From positions 63,178,001 through 63,242,000 of the forward strand of contig CM069132.1 of assembly GCA_035221665.1 (NCBI GenBank): a DNA stretch of 64,000 bases, written 5' to 3'. The notes under the pieces are model-generated. The model did no database searches, had not been told where the DNA came from, and saw only the letters and a list, made by a program, of their open reading frames with translations. The stretch comes from Okamejei kenojei (taxonomy: Eukaryota). Made by a program: the position numbers and the translations under genes. This document shows positions 12,355-24,994 of the stretch, one piece after another (within the stretch, counting starts at the first letter, position 1; each line of letters starts with the position of its first letter).

Positions 12355-13410
12355 ATGAGAGACACAAGAAATTGCAGATGCTGGAACTCAGTAGGCCAGG
12401 TAGCATGAGGAAGGGAATGGACAGATGATGTTTTGATTTGGGACTCTTCTTCAGATTGATTAGAGTAGGGGGAGAAGGCTGAAAAAGAGGTGGGAGTAGG
12501 ACAAAGCCTAGACAATTATAGTTAAATACAGGTGAGGGCAGTTTGACGAGCAGGTGGGTGGAGGAAGGAAAAAAGGCTAGAGGTGAAAAGAAGACAAAAA
12601 GGTGTCAGATAAGTAGAGAAGGAGCGAAATGTAAGTCCGGAGAGAGTGATATGAGTAGAAGAGGGCAAGGAGAATGGGAAAGTTTGGATAGAAGGGAATT
12701 AGGGACTTGGGGAGTGGACCTGTACATAGTAGGCTCCCCTCGGTCATGACTGACCATGGGTGATGCATCCTAGTTTGCAGGTGATGTGTGGTTGGATGCA
12801 AGCCTGGGCGATGTCATATGGACGACAGGCTGTTGCCCATGCAGCACGTTCCCCCCTCTCCATGTCGCTGATGGATCCAAAGTAACAACAGGGCCATTAC
12901 AGTTTGGCACCAGTGCCGTTGCAGGAGCTGCCAGAGCGAGGTTGTAGACAACGACGAACTGCCTTAGGGGCTCCGACTCCGGATTTTCTTGAGTTACTCC
13001 AGGAACCTTTTCCATGACTGGATATGGCCACAAGGCAGTAGAGGTTTTAAATCAGAGTTTTCCTTCTCCTAGATGGACTGCCTTCCCAGGCTGACGAGCC
13101 CCATCTGCCCGAGACTCATGGGGGCGGGAGCGTCTACCTTCCCGTGCAGGTCTATAGCACCTGCCCACTGCCCGCTGTGCATACAAAGGGTGGAAAAGGA
13201 GCAGGGTGACTGGGGGACCTGGGGGTGGGGGGGGGGGGGGGGGCATTGGTGGGTGGGAGATAGTAGGAGAAATGAGAATGCATTGGGGTGGAGATGGAAG
13301 GTATGGGAAAGAAAGAGGAGGTAGGGGGGGTATTACTTGAATTTGGAGAACGCAATGTTCATACTGCGGGGTTGTAAGCTGCTCAAATAGAATATGATGT
13401 TTAGCTGGTT
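12355..13410 (-). mobile_element. Degraded PLE terminus and 3' region, split by the 12729-13174 insertion
   Basis: cacaagaaattgcagatgctggaactcag..ggactcttcttcagattgat (antisense terminus), purine-rich 3' UTR, and ttacttgaatttggagaacgcaatgttcatactgcggggttgtaagctg matching 6055-6110. Confidence 0.65.
12729..13174 (-). mobile_element. Short non-autonomous RTE-derived element (~446 bp)
   Basis: Minus strand contains gggcagatggggctcgtcagcctgggaaggcagtccatctaggagaaggaaaactctgat, which I recall as typical of RTE 5' regions; CpG-rich; flanks ctgtacata (12720-12728) and ctgtgcata (13175-13183). Confidence 0.55.
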
Positions 13411-13500
13411 TGCAATTACCATCTTCTCAAGGGTGGTTATGGTAATAAATGGTGACCAGTAACACCCAATTCCACGTGAAGTCAACAGAAGTGTAGAGAG

Positions 13501-13620
13501 GGTACACAAAATGCTGGAGAAACTCGGCGGGTGCAGCAGCATCTATGGAGCGAAGGAGATAGGCAACGTTTCGGGCCGAAACCCTCGATTTTCCAGCATC
13601 TGCAGTTCCTTCTTTAACTT
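13501..13620. mobile_element. Miniature PLE-terminus insertion with 14-bp TSD
   Basis: agaagtgtagagag at 13487-13500 and 13621-13634; antisense body followed by sense tail cgattttccagcatctgcagttccttcttta. Confidence 0.9.
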
Positions 13621-14378
13621 AGAAGTGTAGAGAGAATGGGTAACTCCTCTCTTTGTTCCTCAAACCTTTTTTTCTTCTTCTGTTCAGCATACTGTGGGTG
13701 TGAAGGGATACTCTGTGCTTAACTGGATGTGTGCAGCTCCGGCAACATATAGGTAACTTCATACTACTCGGGAAAGAGGAATCCTTGATATAGGCACTGG
13801 GGTGCATCATCTCCAAAATGTTCTGTTGCAATGTGTAATCTTGTTGGCAACACCCTTAACAACACCTCCCAAAATGCCTCTCCTTCCTAGCTGATTAAAG
13901 AAGAACAGCAGACCAACTCTCCCTCCAATTCACATGCCCTCTTGACTTTCAATATCATCCTGATGTTCCTTTATTCCTGGATAACAATCCAGGAACCTAA
14001 CAGTAGAGTCGGAGCACCTACAGAGTGGCTCAATATGTATTTCTCGTAGGCATCCAAGGACAGGCATTGAGCTACAATAAAAGGCTTTGAGTACTGCACC
14101 AATCTTTGTTAAACAGGGCACTGATGAATTGTTTCAGATCAGCTACATACAGTGGTGGCACAGGGACGCAGCGATAGAAAGCCAGCACAGTGATACAATG
14201 GTATCAGTACCTTCCAGTAAACGCAATTGGAGTGTAGGTGGCTGGGTGCTTGTTTTGTTTTAGAGATGAAGTTTAAGAAGATAGCTGAGCACTGGCTGGT
14301 TGCTTATGACTTGCTGGGCTCACACATGGCACATGAAGAGATGGTGGAAAGCTACCAGTATCCGCGGCAGCCACCACC

Positions 14379-15297
14379 ATAGAAACATAGAAACATAGAA
14401 AATAGGTGCAGGAGGAGGCCATTTGGCCCTTCGAGCCAGCACCGCCATTCATTATGATCATGGCTGATCGTCCCCAATCAATAACCCGTACCTGCCTTCT
14501 CCCCATATACCTTCATTCCACTAGCCCCTAGAGCTCTATCTAACTCTCTCTTAAATCCACCCAGTGATTTGGCCTCCACTACCCTCCGTGGCAGGGAATT
14601 CCACAAATTCACAACTCTCTGGGTGAAAAGGTTTTTTTCTCACAACAATTTTAAATGGCCTCCCCTTTATTCTAAGATTGTGGCCCCTGGTTCTTGACTC
14701 GCCCAACATTGGGAACATTTTTCCTGCATCTAGCTTGTTCAGTCCTTAAAAAAAATAAATGTTTCTATAAGATACCCCCTCAGCCTTCTAAACTCTAGTG
14801 AATATAAGCCTAGTCTTTTCGATATTTCCTCGTATGACAGTCCCGCCATCCCAGGGATCAATCTTGTGAACCTACGCTGCACTGCCTCAATCACAAGGAT
14901 GTCCTTCCTCAAATTAGGAGACCAAAACTGTACACAATACTCCAGATGTGGTCTTACCAGAGCCCTATACAACTGCAGAAGAACCTCTTTACTCCTATAT
15001 TGAAATCCTCTTGATATGAAGGCCAACATTCCATTAGCTTTCTTCACTGCCTGCTGTACCTGCACGCCAACTTTCAGTGACTGGTGTACAAGGACACCCA
15101 GGTCTCGCTTACCTAACCTAACCCCATTGAGATAATAATCTGCCCCCTTGTTTTTGCTGCCAAAGTGGATAACTTCACATTTATCTATATTATACTGCAT
15201 CTGCTACGCATCTGCCCACTCACTCAACCTGTCCAGGTCACCCTACAACCTCCTAACATCCTCTTCACAGTTCACACTGTCACCCAGCTTTGTCACA
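14379..15297 (-). mobile_element. 5'-truncated CR1-type LINE
   Basis: ORF 14739-15200 (KCEVIHFG..RDLGVLVH..LYRALVRPHLEYCVQFWSP..VQRRFTRLIPG..LGLYSLEFRRLRG); (TAGAAACA)n tail. Confidence 0.95.
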
Positions 15298-15739
15298 CAA
15301 GAGAGAAGAGATCAAATTGGTGTTTCTATTAAAAATTGTGTGCGCTTTTTATTTGGGAAAGGAATGGTGTTTGTAATTTCTGCTGCCATGCTGCATCCAG
15401 ACAATTTTTCATAGTTTATGATTTTGAACTGCTGGCCAGTTTGCACCAACTGTCTGCAATGTGAAGTAGGGAATGCACCCCCCTTCCTGAAAGAAGATCC
15501 TGGTTATTTAATTTAAATTGCCTGGCCTGTGTCCATTCAATCCCAGCTGGGAAGTCGCAGAACTGCGCACGGATTCCAGGCCACCCATTGAGTCGAAGCA
15601 GATAGCCAAATTGCCTGCCGAAACTTTCCCATGGGAATTGTAAACAAGGAAAAGTCGATGGAAGTGACCTGTAGGGAAGGTCTGAGCCACTATTGCATCC
15701 TACAAAGGAAGGACGGCGCAATTTGGGCCTCCACAGGCC

Positions 15740-16140
15740 CCCCCTTCTATTCTTTGCTGTGGAAGAGAAGGAGGTTCACCCTGGTGGTCAGGGTTTTGCA
15801 GTGCGGTTCAAGAGACTGATGGTTGATGGAGCCGTGATGATCTTGATCCTGGTGGTAATAGTTCTTTGGCTCCTGTGCCTTCTCAACGATGGTAGCAGCA
15901 AGATGACAGTGTGGCCAGGGTGATTTAGGTCTTTGATGATTTTAGCTGCCTTCTTGAGGCAGTGCTTCCTACAGATCCGTTCAATAGTGGGGAGGTTTAT
16001 ACCTGTGTTGGACTGGACAGTGCACACCACTTTCCGCAGCCTTCTTCATTCCTGAGCATTTGCATTGCGGAACCAAGCTGTGATGCAACCAACAATGTGT
16101 CTCCATTATACACATGTAGAAGTGGATTACATCCCAGCTT
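15740..16140 (-). mobile_element. Rex1/Babar-type LINE fragment
   Basis: ORF 15788-16030 (LPTIERI..CLKKAAKIIKDLNHPGH..LLPSLRR). Confidence 0.8.
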
Positions 16141-16219
16141 CTGATGGTTAGGTAGCTTTTCAGTTCCATAATTTTATTTGGTTTTAATCTTACAAATATA
16201 TGTTAATATTATTGAAATC

Positions 16220-16355
16220 ATGGGGCGGGAGATTGCAATCTTCACGTGGTCCGCCCTGTTTCGTCTAATGCAATCATCCCGACCTGCACAAAAAAATCAA
16301 ATAGAACAAGTTGACCTACAACTTTAGGCTGTGCACGAAATATGCAAGAAGAAGA
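16220..16355 (+). repeat. Dispersed repeat 3' end with (GAA)n tail, shared with 40843-40950
   Basis: aatgcaatc..tgcaca..atcaaatagaacaagttgacctacaactttaggctgtgcacg..gcaagaagaaga matches the reverse complement of 40843-40950. Confidence 0.7.
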
Positions 16356-17539
16356 TTAAAATCATAATCAATAAAATATGTTGAATAAATATTATTTAAA
16401 AATGGAAAATCCTAAATTATTTTGTTATGTCAATTTTCTTCAAATAGGAAAGCTTTGCTAACACTTAGTGAATGAACATTTATTGATAATTTGTTGAGTA
16501 GTGTTTAAAACTGAATAAACCAAACCATCATCTGCAGCACAAATGTAGTCAATTAGATTTTCTTTGAACCAAATAACCATGTATTAGTACATTAAAAGTT
16601 ACAAACCATTCTATTTCAAAGCTACTTATTAAAATCCTATGTAACAATTTGCAATGATAGGTTTACATTTGACTGCAACATTTTTGATGTTCGCAAAATA
16701 TTTAGTGGATAGTTTATTCACGAAAGCATTAATGAGTAGGATGATTAGAGGCTTTCTGGGTTATTTATATTCTGGTTGGAATGGTATTACAGATTTACAA
16801 GCACTTCCCAAGCTTTGAATGGAGAATCAGTTGAGCTTCCTGCCCCTGATTGATTTTCAGTGACAGTTACCAGAAAATCCATACATGAACCAGATAATCC
16901 ACTCAATAATTGAACAGCCTGGTGACGCTCATAATCCTGGCCTGCACATCATGTACATTGTGAGGAAGTAATGTCAGAAGAGAACGGGTGGTACCTACAG
17001 TGTGGGGGAGAAAGAGAAAAGGAACTGACTGTGTATGGCAGTGGAGAATAAGCAATTGCTGTAATTGAATCTAAGGTTTCAGATATCATCTTTGTGGTTT
17101 ATTACCTGTGAACACTTCAATTAAAATATGACAGCCTTAATTAAATTGTTTAACTCCCAAAGTTCCCTAATATGATATCTTATTTCTCTAGTGTAAAATA
17201 TCATGGGTAGAAGATGGATCCGAAAATAATTAATGTCTGGAATAAATTGCAGCAGCTTCCAGGCGGTGCTGTCATGAAGTATGAAAGCAATACTTTCAGA
17301 TTAGTCCTTCGTTGAAGTTAAAGGTTGGATGCAACAACCCCACTACTTAGCTGAATGCAAAACTGACTTGCCACGGTTACACACATTTTTTTAGAATACT
17401 TTTTACTGTAAATGGACATTCTTTCACACGGTTAATATGTTCAATATTTAAATATTTCAATTTGAAGTGTATATTTATCTAATAGCCACAAATGTCAAAG
17501 GGGAAAATAGATTCAAGGGAAGTAGTTCTCCAAATTATC

Positions 17540-17690
17540 TAGGAAGGAACTGCAGATGCTGGTTTACACTGAAGATAGACATAAAATGCTGGAGTATTTC
17601 TCCGGAAAAGGTGATGTTACGGGTAGAGACCTTTCTTCAGACTGAGAGTCAGGGGAGAGGGAAACTGGAGGTATGAGATACAAAGAACAA
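17540..17690 (-). mobile_element. PLE-terminus fragment
   Basis: aggaaggaactgcagatgctggtttacactgaagatagac..gacctttcttcagactga. Confidence 0.75.
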
Positions 17691-17699
17691 AAGAAAAGA

Positions 17700-18750
17700 A
17701 TGTCTCCCAATTGTCTGCTGTAGTTTTGGGGATGTCATGCTGAGGTGGGTGATGGCTGGGAAAGCATTGTTGCAGTTTGACCCTACGAAGGGTATGGTGA
17801 TGTTCCCACCTGGCAGATTTGTCAAGTGAGGGTTAGAAAATACATTCCTACAAACTCCCAGCCACCCAACCCCCCCCCATCATCACCTGGCTAAAACCGG
17901 CCACAAGACATCCTCAAATCAGTGGAGCTCCTGTATGCAGGATCACATTCTTTTTTTTGCTGAAGATGCTCCCTCAGGGGTGTCCAATGACATTGAACCT
18001 CATGTGTCGATGAAGCTGCACTCATGCAGGCAATTGGAGACTATTCTGATACACACCTGACCTGTGCCTTGTCAATGATAGAACGACTTTGGCATGTCTG
18101 CAGTCAAGTCATTCACGACAGGGTACCAGGTTCGGACCTGCTTTTGGGTACATACTGTAGCTTTACTGAGAGGTATGAAGCAGAAGGAATCCATTTGGCT
18201 CATTGTCTCTGTACTGGTTGAAAAAGAGTCTCAACATTGCCAAAGAAAAACAGTTAACATTGTCCTTTGTTGACCGCCACCATTTTTAGACTACTGGTCC
18301 AGGTGAATGTATGGTTAGAGTCTTCCCCCCCCCCCCCCCCCCCCCCCCCCACCCTCCCCCGGATGCTGATAGTCGGGGCCTCAGTGATGGGAATACTGTT
18401 GAAAATCACATGTTTGAAATTAGATTCTATAGAATCTAACAACGCATTCAAGTTATGTGAATGTTACTTGCCTCTTATCTGCTGGTGCTCAAAAGTTGTT
18501 TAGGTTGCTGCACAGAGATGAGGACTGCTTCATTTTCTGAGCGGTTTTAAGGAATTGATCATTGTACAATCATCAGTGAATATCCCCACCTCTGACCTCT
18601 GACCTCTGACCTTGTGGGAGAAAGTTAATTTATTATAGCTGACAATAATTGGGCTAGGCCACTGATCTGAGCATGTGCTGCAGTGATGTCCTGGCTGAGG
18701 TGATTGCCCTCTAACAACCACAGCTTTTTGCAGGTGTGACTTCAGCCATT
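17700..18750 (-). mobile_element. Old L2/CR1-group LINE remnant
   Basis: ORF 18530-18928 retains RSEVGIFTDDCTM (degenerate FADD RT motif); related 3' fragments near 9790-9920, 13860-14060 and 56450-56815. Confidence 0.55.
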
Positions 18751-18938
18751 GCAGTTTGTTCATTAACTTCAGATTTACTTTCAGTTTCAGGTCAAATGCT
18801 GCCTTGTATCCCGCTCCCACAAAAGGCATTACAATGATGACTTGATAATCTGTGATGGTGCTTGTGGGATGTACATTGGCTAGTTCATTGGGGGTAACTC
18901 CTCTGCTCTTTGTGATGGTGCTGTGCAATCCTTTTCAG

Positions 18939-19029
18939 TCTGAAGAAGAGTCTCAACCCAAAACGCCACACATTCCTTTTATTCAAAGACGCTGCCTGTC
19001 CCACTGAGTTACCCCAGCATTTTGTGTCT
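18939..19029 (+). mobile_element. Miniature PLE-terminus insertion with 11-bp TSD, mutated HHR
   Basis: atccttttcag at 18928-18938 and 19030-19040; tctgaagaagagtctcaacccaaaacgcc. Confidence 0.8.
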
Positions 19030-19073
19030 ATCCTTTTCAGCTACCCGAGGGAGTCAATAAGTCCTTGGTTTAT

Positions 19074-19269
19074 ATATGTTGGAAGGAGCGGCAGATGCTG
19101 GTTTAAACCAAAGGTAGTCACAAAATGCTGGAGTGGGTCAGACAGCATCTCTGGAGAAAAGGAATAGGTGATGTTTTGGCTCAAGACCTTTCTCAACCTG
19201 AAACGTTACATATTCCTTTTCTCCAGAGATGCTGTCTGACCCGATGAGTTTCTCCAGCTTTTTGTGTCT
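19074..19269. mobile_element. Miniature PLE-terminus insertion, inverted halves, 13-bp TSD
   Basis: gtccttggtttat at 19061-19073 and 19270-19282. Confidence 0.85.
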
Positions 19270-20119
19270 GTCCTTGGTTTATGGTCTTGTTTGAAAGACT
19301 GTACCTCCTATCGGGTATCATCCTGACATCCTAACAGTGCAGTGTTTTCTCAGTATTGCACTGGAGAGATAGCCCTGAGTTTTTACACATAAGTCTCTTG
19401 GACCAAGATTTGAACCTCAATTCCCTGCAGGTATGCTAAGACTTGGTTTGAATACTTCCCAAAATGAATTTATAGCCCAAGTTGATCGAAGTATGATTCC
19501 AAAACCAGCTGAAGAAATCCAATCATTTCTAAAATTCTGAATTGTATTCCACTTCTTTCTCAGTTTTGTCTTCCCTTCTGAATTTCAAATTTGGTGATTT
19601 ACTGTATAATTTGTAGAGATCTTTTCAAAATTTCCTTTCTACTGACTTTTTTTAATGGCAGCATTAATCTCAGACATGAACTATGCAAAATTAAGTTAAT
19701 TTGTGTTTCTGCAGTATATTTCCACTGAGACACAGCAGACACAAATAATTTCATTCATATAAATTAAATATAGATCAACTAAATATGCCTACAAAATTAA
19801 TACTTTTCTCCATGGCAAGTTAAGTTTATATTCAACTAAGTTAAGTTTATATACATTTTTTTTAACTGTTTTACATTTCGTGTAAGCAATTTGGAATGGG
19901 AATGACCCCCTATAACTACTTATAAAGTCCCCTTCCCTACAAGTCTTTCTCACAAACGTTGCTCATTTGTTGACTTCAAATGTCTGGAATCATTCCTGTG
20001 GGTCTGTTGGTGTCTGGACAACCCCACTCCCTTGAATTTTCCCGACATGCCTATGAACTTTGGTCAGATTAAAAATAGATAAGGAATGGGAATAGATGCA
20101 AAGGGAAATCAATGTAATA

Positions 20120-20660
20120 CTGTTAGAGCATTGGTCATGGAAGCATTTCCATTCTGCCCCTCAGGCCAGTTCCATCATTCACTGGCATCATTCATTATCA
20201 ACATGCTGATCTTTTAATTCGGCATCAATTTCCTGCGCACACTACATTTCCTTTGATTTCATTAAATCCGAAAATCTATTGATTTATGTCTTGTACATAT
20301 CGTATATAACTCTCAAATATGTCTCAAATATATAGCTGAACTTCCACGACCTTGTGTGCTTTTTCCAGGGGAAGAAATTTCTTCTCATCTCACTCCTGAA
20401 TGGCTGAGCACCTAATTTGAGCTGTTGGTCATTGCATGTGAAACCTCCAATTTGTTTTGAAGTTTCGTTGCCTTTTTTTCTCATTCTGCTAAACTATTGA
20501 GATCGCTGGTCCAGTTTGCGTAATCTGTCCTGGTGGGACAATTTCTCCATCCCAGGAATGATCCTAGAGGACTTCTGTTGTTCTACTTTAATTACAAATA
20601 TATCCTTCGTTGGTGAAGAAAATCCGACCTGTTTTGCAGAATTTTCCAAGTGCTTTTTTG
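20120..20660 (-). mobile_element. Old CR1-type LINE 3' remnant
   Basis: ORFs 20494-20682 (RIIPGMEKLSHQDRLRKL) and 20284-20484 (FRSEMRRNFF). Confidence 0.65.
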
Positions 20661-21119
20661 AAATGAATGTAATCAAAAACATTTCTTCAAAACTCTTACC
20701 AACTCGCAGATTTGAGATTATGTTTGGAGTTCATAAGTATTAATTCCACGAATTGTTTACGTAATAAACACGCTTAATTTACTTGTAATTGTCTTGTTGA
20801 AATAACGATAAGAATGTATGTCAAGGTTGTTCTAACATTATAATCCGAACGTGGATGGAAAATTGCAATCGGAATATATGTAGGATGAAGAGGGCGTGCT
20901 GTTGCTTAGAATGATTTATGTATTTTCTCCGATTTATTGCAGAACGACTTGTGTTAAGTAATTGTGCATGCAATTCGTTCAATTGCATTCATATTAATCA
21001 ATGAATGAGATTAAACTATGTGCTATGCCGCGACTGTATTCAATGTGGCGGTGCAAAGTCTGGAATTTATTCTAGGGGTAATGAGCAAACATTAACAGGA
21101 ATGAGCGTAAGTCAATAGC

Positions 21120-21720
21120 TAGTGGGAAGCAGCGAGGCGGGAGGGAGAGGTGGCAGCGCGGCGGTGGGAGGGAGAAAGCAGCGCGGACGCGAAGGGAAGT
21201 GGGGACAACGCCGACGCGGGAGGGAGAAAGGACAGCGCGGAGGCGGACGTAGGCGGAGCCCGTGTTCTAGTGTGGTACGCATGCGCAGCTATGGATTTAC
21301 ATACTTAACTCTGATTGGCCATCGCTGTCGCATCCTTGCCTCGTTTGATTGGTGGATGCGGGGAAGGGCGGAGGCCGTGACGCCCTTGCTGACGTATGAA
21401 TCCCGCCCCTCGCTCCCCTGCGCACGCCCTGCTCCCGGGTTGGTTAATGTTGGTTTACGTCATAATGAGAAGCGAGGGCCTGATTATAATATACGTCACA
21501 GAGCGGACTCCGCCTCCTATAGGCCGCCCTCTACCGGCCAACAACCAATAGCAAGGCGAGGCAACGTTAAACGTTGCTAGCTACCCAATCACAGCGCGGA
21601 CGTCCCCCGGAAGTTGCATATTCATGAGCGGCCTCCAGAGTTTAGAGCCAATGAGAAGGATGTTTGACGCACCTCCCAGATCCCCCGCAGCGCATCCTGC
21701 TGGTGCAGGCAGAGCAGATA
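21120..21720. promoter_or_regulatory. CpG island, probable bidirectional promoter
   Basis: ATTGG at 21314 and 21348; CCAAT at 21545, 21585 and 21648; NRF1-like cgcatgcgca near 21278; GC boxes; CRE-like tgacgt/acgtca; ETS ccggaagt near 21607; POU-like ttgcatattcat near 21614. Confidence 0.75.
21523..21540 (-). promoter_or_regulatory. CTCF motif, leftward
   Basis: Minus strand TGGCCGGTAGAGGGCGGC versus consensus TGGCCASYAGRKGGCRS. Confidence 0.55.
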
Positions 21721-24700
21721 TTATCCACATTATCCATTATCACATTTAAACATTTTATTCGGGGAAATATTTCCTCTCTTGACTATTCTGTAACATCTTG
21801 GATTAGCAGTAAAACGAAGTTTCGATTTCATTTCCAGTAATGTCTTCAGTCACTATTTAATCGTTTTTCACGAAAAAGCAATGGGTTTAATGAAATAAAT
21901 TGCACAGAAAAATAGTTTCAAAAATGTTAGAGGGAATAGTTTGTTTTTAAAAATTTCGACATCGTTATCAAACATCAATGTTTTTTTTAATCATTCACAG
22001 ATTTAATTTTCTGCATATGAAATGTTATTAACTTTTGACACTACGGTTCATCAAAGTCACCGCGACATGCCACTGTAGTGGGACTGATAGGATTTAATAA
22101 ACGATTTATCCTTTAGGTCAGTGTTAATTGAACATGGGGTTAAAACACTGAATATTTCGAAATGTTTCCAAAACGTGTAGCGCAAGGTGGAATTTTCTTT
22201 ATGTTTACACGTATTGAATCTGAATCCCTGTCAGCTAACATTGTATAAGAAATATATTTGTTAAAATTACAACGAATTAATTTATTCGTTGCACTGCAAT
22301 ATCCGATAATAGTATCGAAATAATTGGCATGAATTTTTCGTACAAAAAGAGTATACGACAAAGATTCATGAAATTATAAATGTATTTCACAAGTACTTTA
22401 TAAAGTCAACAAACATATCGAACGAAAGGGAATTTAATAACTTCATTGGTTCTACGAGTACTTGGATTTTAGCAGAAAGATATTTTCCTGATTTTTCCCC
22501 ACAAATATATCTCATACAAGAACGAAATAAGCATTGATTAGCATGTTGGTATTCGCCGCTGACATGCTAAGTATAAAAATAGCATTAACGAAGTTCATCT
22601 AATTATTATAACATATCCAGAAATTACTACTAACTTTCTTACTTCCAGAATTCGTTTTTGTTTTATGCACATTTTTCTAACAAATTAATTATTATACTAT
22701 TAGAAATATAATCTGTTTACATTTCAAATCCTGGTTAATTTAAAACATTGGATTTTGTTGGAAAATGCTAGCTAAATGGGATGTGAGATCGTTTGTGGTC
22801 ATTGTAACGCTAAAATGTTAGTTTGCTCATTTGCAATCTGCAGCCTGAAATGACTGCATTTTCTCCGCAGTCGAAGGGAAATACACGGCTTCATTGAATT
22901 AGAAAAAAATCATATGTTACTGAGTAGCGAACTATAATATTAACTAATTGCATTGCTCATAAATGTTTTTGTACACGTTTAGGTGTGCATTCGGCGTTGA
23001 TACTGATTGGAACTAAACATGTTAGAAGGTAGACAAATCAATTTTGGGATGGAGAACGAGGTCACGGACACAGGGCGAATCAAGATCACGGCGCAAGAGC
23101 TTAAGTTTAATGGTCCTTGTTGGTTTTGCAAGTTATCTTGCCAAAAAAAAGTCGAAATAATCAAATAAATAACACGCGGCTGGTGCAGAGTTGCCGGTTT
23201 TTCGGGCGTGGTGTCATTCATAGTTTACAATGTCTATAAAATGTTCAGATCATTAAAGGCAGCTTGGGGGCACAGCCAGGAGTCTTGAATAACCCTTATT
23301 AATGGGATTGACATTCGAACATGAAAGCTTAAAATTCGCTATTGATTTGAAGGTGTGTGGTATTACATGAGATCGATCGAACCACTCCACACCGTGTTAC
23401 AGCTAATGCAATTCAAAGCTTGCAAACAGGAGTGAAGCGGCAGCTTGTCGCGTTTCTCGCCCTCCCGGCTTTACATCAAATATCTGATAACGCCATTCGC
23501 AGTTTTGGAAATCTCATCTTGCAAGTTTTGGTGTCGTGTTTAAAAATAAATAAATGATACTGTTAGGAAGTGATTAGCCACGGTCCTCAGAAGAAACGAT
23601 GCGGGTGAAATATCACCTCATGTTGCCGTCCTGTTCCCAGATTAATTGGGTAAACATCGCAAGGAACTTGTTGATTTATGTGGAAGGGGCGTCGTGTGTT
23701 TTAGGCTTAGTTGATAGCTGTAAAGTATAGTTACTTTGATTGGAGCGACTTGACTCATGCCGCCGCGCAAGGTAAATGTTATGCCTTTTACCCAGCAGGT
23801 TCGGCGATGGGGTCTCGCGTTGATTTATCAGTTTTGGCACTGCTCCAGAAACTAAAACGGTTAAAAAAGTATGTTTTTTTTTCTTTTTCTATTGATGTAC
23901 CCCAGTGTGAAATTAATATATCATTCTACGGCTGGCTGACTACCACATCATTAACCTCTGAGGATGACGCCGAGAAGTGGTGCGGCCTTAACTTTCATGA
24001 GTGTTTTCAGACTTCACGTGTAATCGAAGGGAGCAGGTTCGATCCCTATCGGTTTCTAGTAATTGTTTTTATTAAAGAAAGAGTGAAAGAACATTTCCTT
24101 CCGGGGGATCACTTGCAACAAATAGGAGTCTACCTCTCTCGACGACATAAGCCAAATAAAGGGTTGGCGCGCAACAACACCGGGTGCTGTCTGACTTCAG
24201 TCAATCCACCTTTAAACCCGAAAACGAACAACTCACCAGTTTGAAGAAAATAACAAATGGAAAATTCACCATATCTGGGGTATAGAGATGTATGGCAGGC
24301 TAGATCAACGGATAAATTAAACTTGTGTGATTATTCAACACAACATTCTACGTTGAATTTTCTGCAACCTTGTGGGATGCTGTAAATTCGATGCATGACT
24401 CAACCATCGCATAAAGGCATATCTGTGTTCAAAACTTGACAATAAATGAGCCAATTGGTAAAAAGTAATTGATCTTGATCTGTTCCCTTTCTCTCTACAG
24501 ATGCTGCCTGACTTGCAGTCTTTTTCAAATAATGTATTTATGCGGCGCAATGAAATTTAGCGGCAAAATTGTGTACGTTCATAAAACTGACAGTAATTTA
24601 ACGTGCCCATTCAAGATCAATCTTGTTTACCCATGATTTATAACTTTGAGGTTGGATTTCCGTATTGGATAGATTTTAAACAACGACAGCAGCATGGTTC

Positions 24701-24866
24701 CCTGCTTGCACATGTCACAGACGCGGGCATCTGTATGGGTTTGGAGAGGACTGTGTGTCATGCTCGAGTGCGAGTGTTCTCCATCATGCTTTCAATGATC
24801 GCGCCACACTTGATTTGCAGTAAGAAGCGACCACCCGGAACTATGGGTGCAAGCAGTACAATCTAC

Positions 24867-24994
24867 AGAGTGCCAGAGGAACTCAGCCGGTCACACGGCA
24901 TGCAATGGACAGATGATGTTTCGGGACGGGTCCCTTCAGTCTAAAGACATTTTGGGGTCAAGATTCCAACATCTGCAATCTCCTGTCAGCAATT
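24867..24994. mobile_element. Degraded miniature PLE-terminus insertion
   Basis: ggaactcagccggtcacacggca..tgtttcgggacgggtcccttcag..ccaacatctgcaatc; caatctac flanks both sides. Confidence 0.65.

Larger units (their letters stand above)
18860..19430 (-). mobile_element. Probable Deu-domain SINE (SacSINE1/AmnSINE-like) split by two PLE-terminus insertions
   Basis: After removing the insertions the text reads ctctgctctt..caatccttttcagctacccgagg..ggtttatggtcttgtttgaaagactgtacctcc..acagtgcagtgttttctcagtattgcactggag..gatttgaacc, resembling a DeuSINE consensus as I recall it. Confidence 0.5.

Noticed and set aside
21122-21580. 152-aa Arg/Gly-rich ORF
   Set aside because: GTG start, low complexity, a by-product of the GC-rich promoter sequence; no recognisable domain
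23711-24244. 177-aa ORF in the CpG-retaining domain
   Set aside because: TTG start, no recognisable motif, includes a T-run; probably a chance ORF, though not excluded without a homology search
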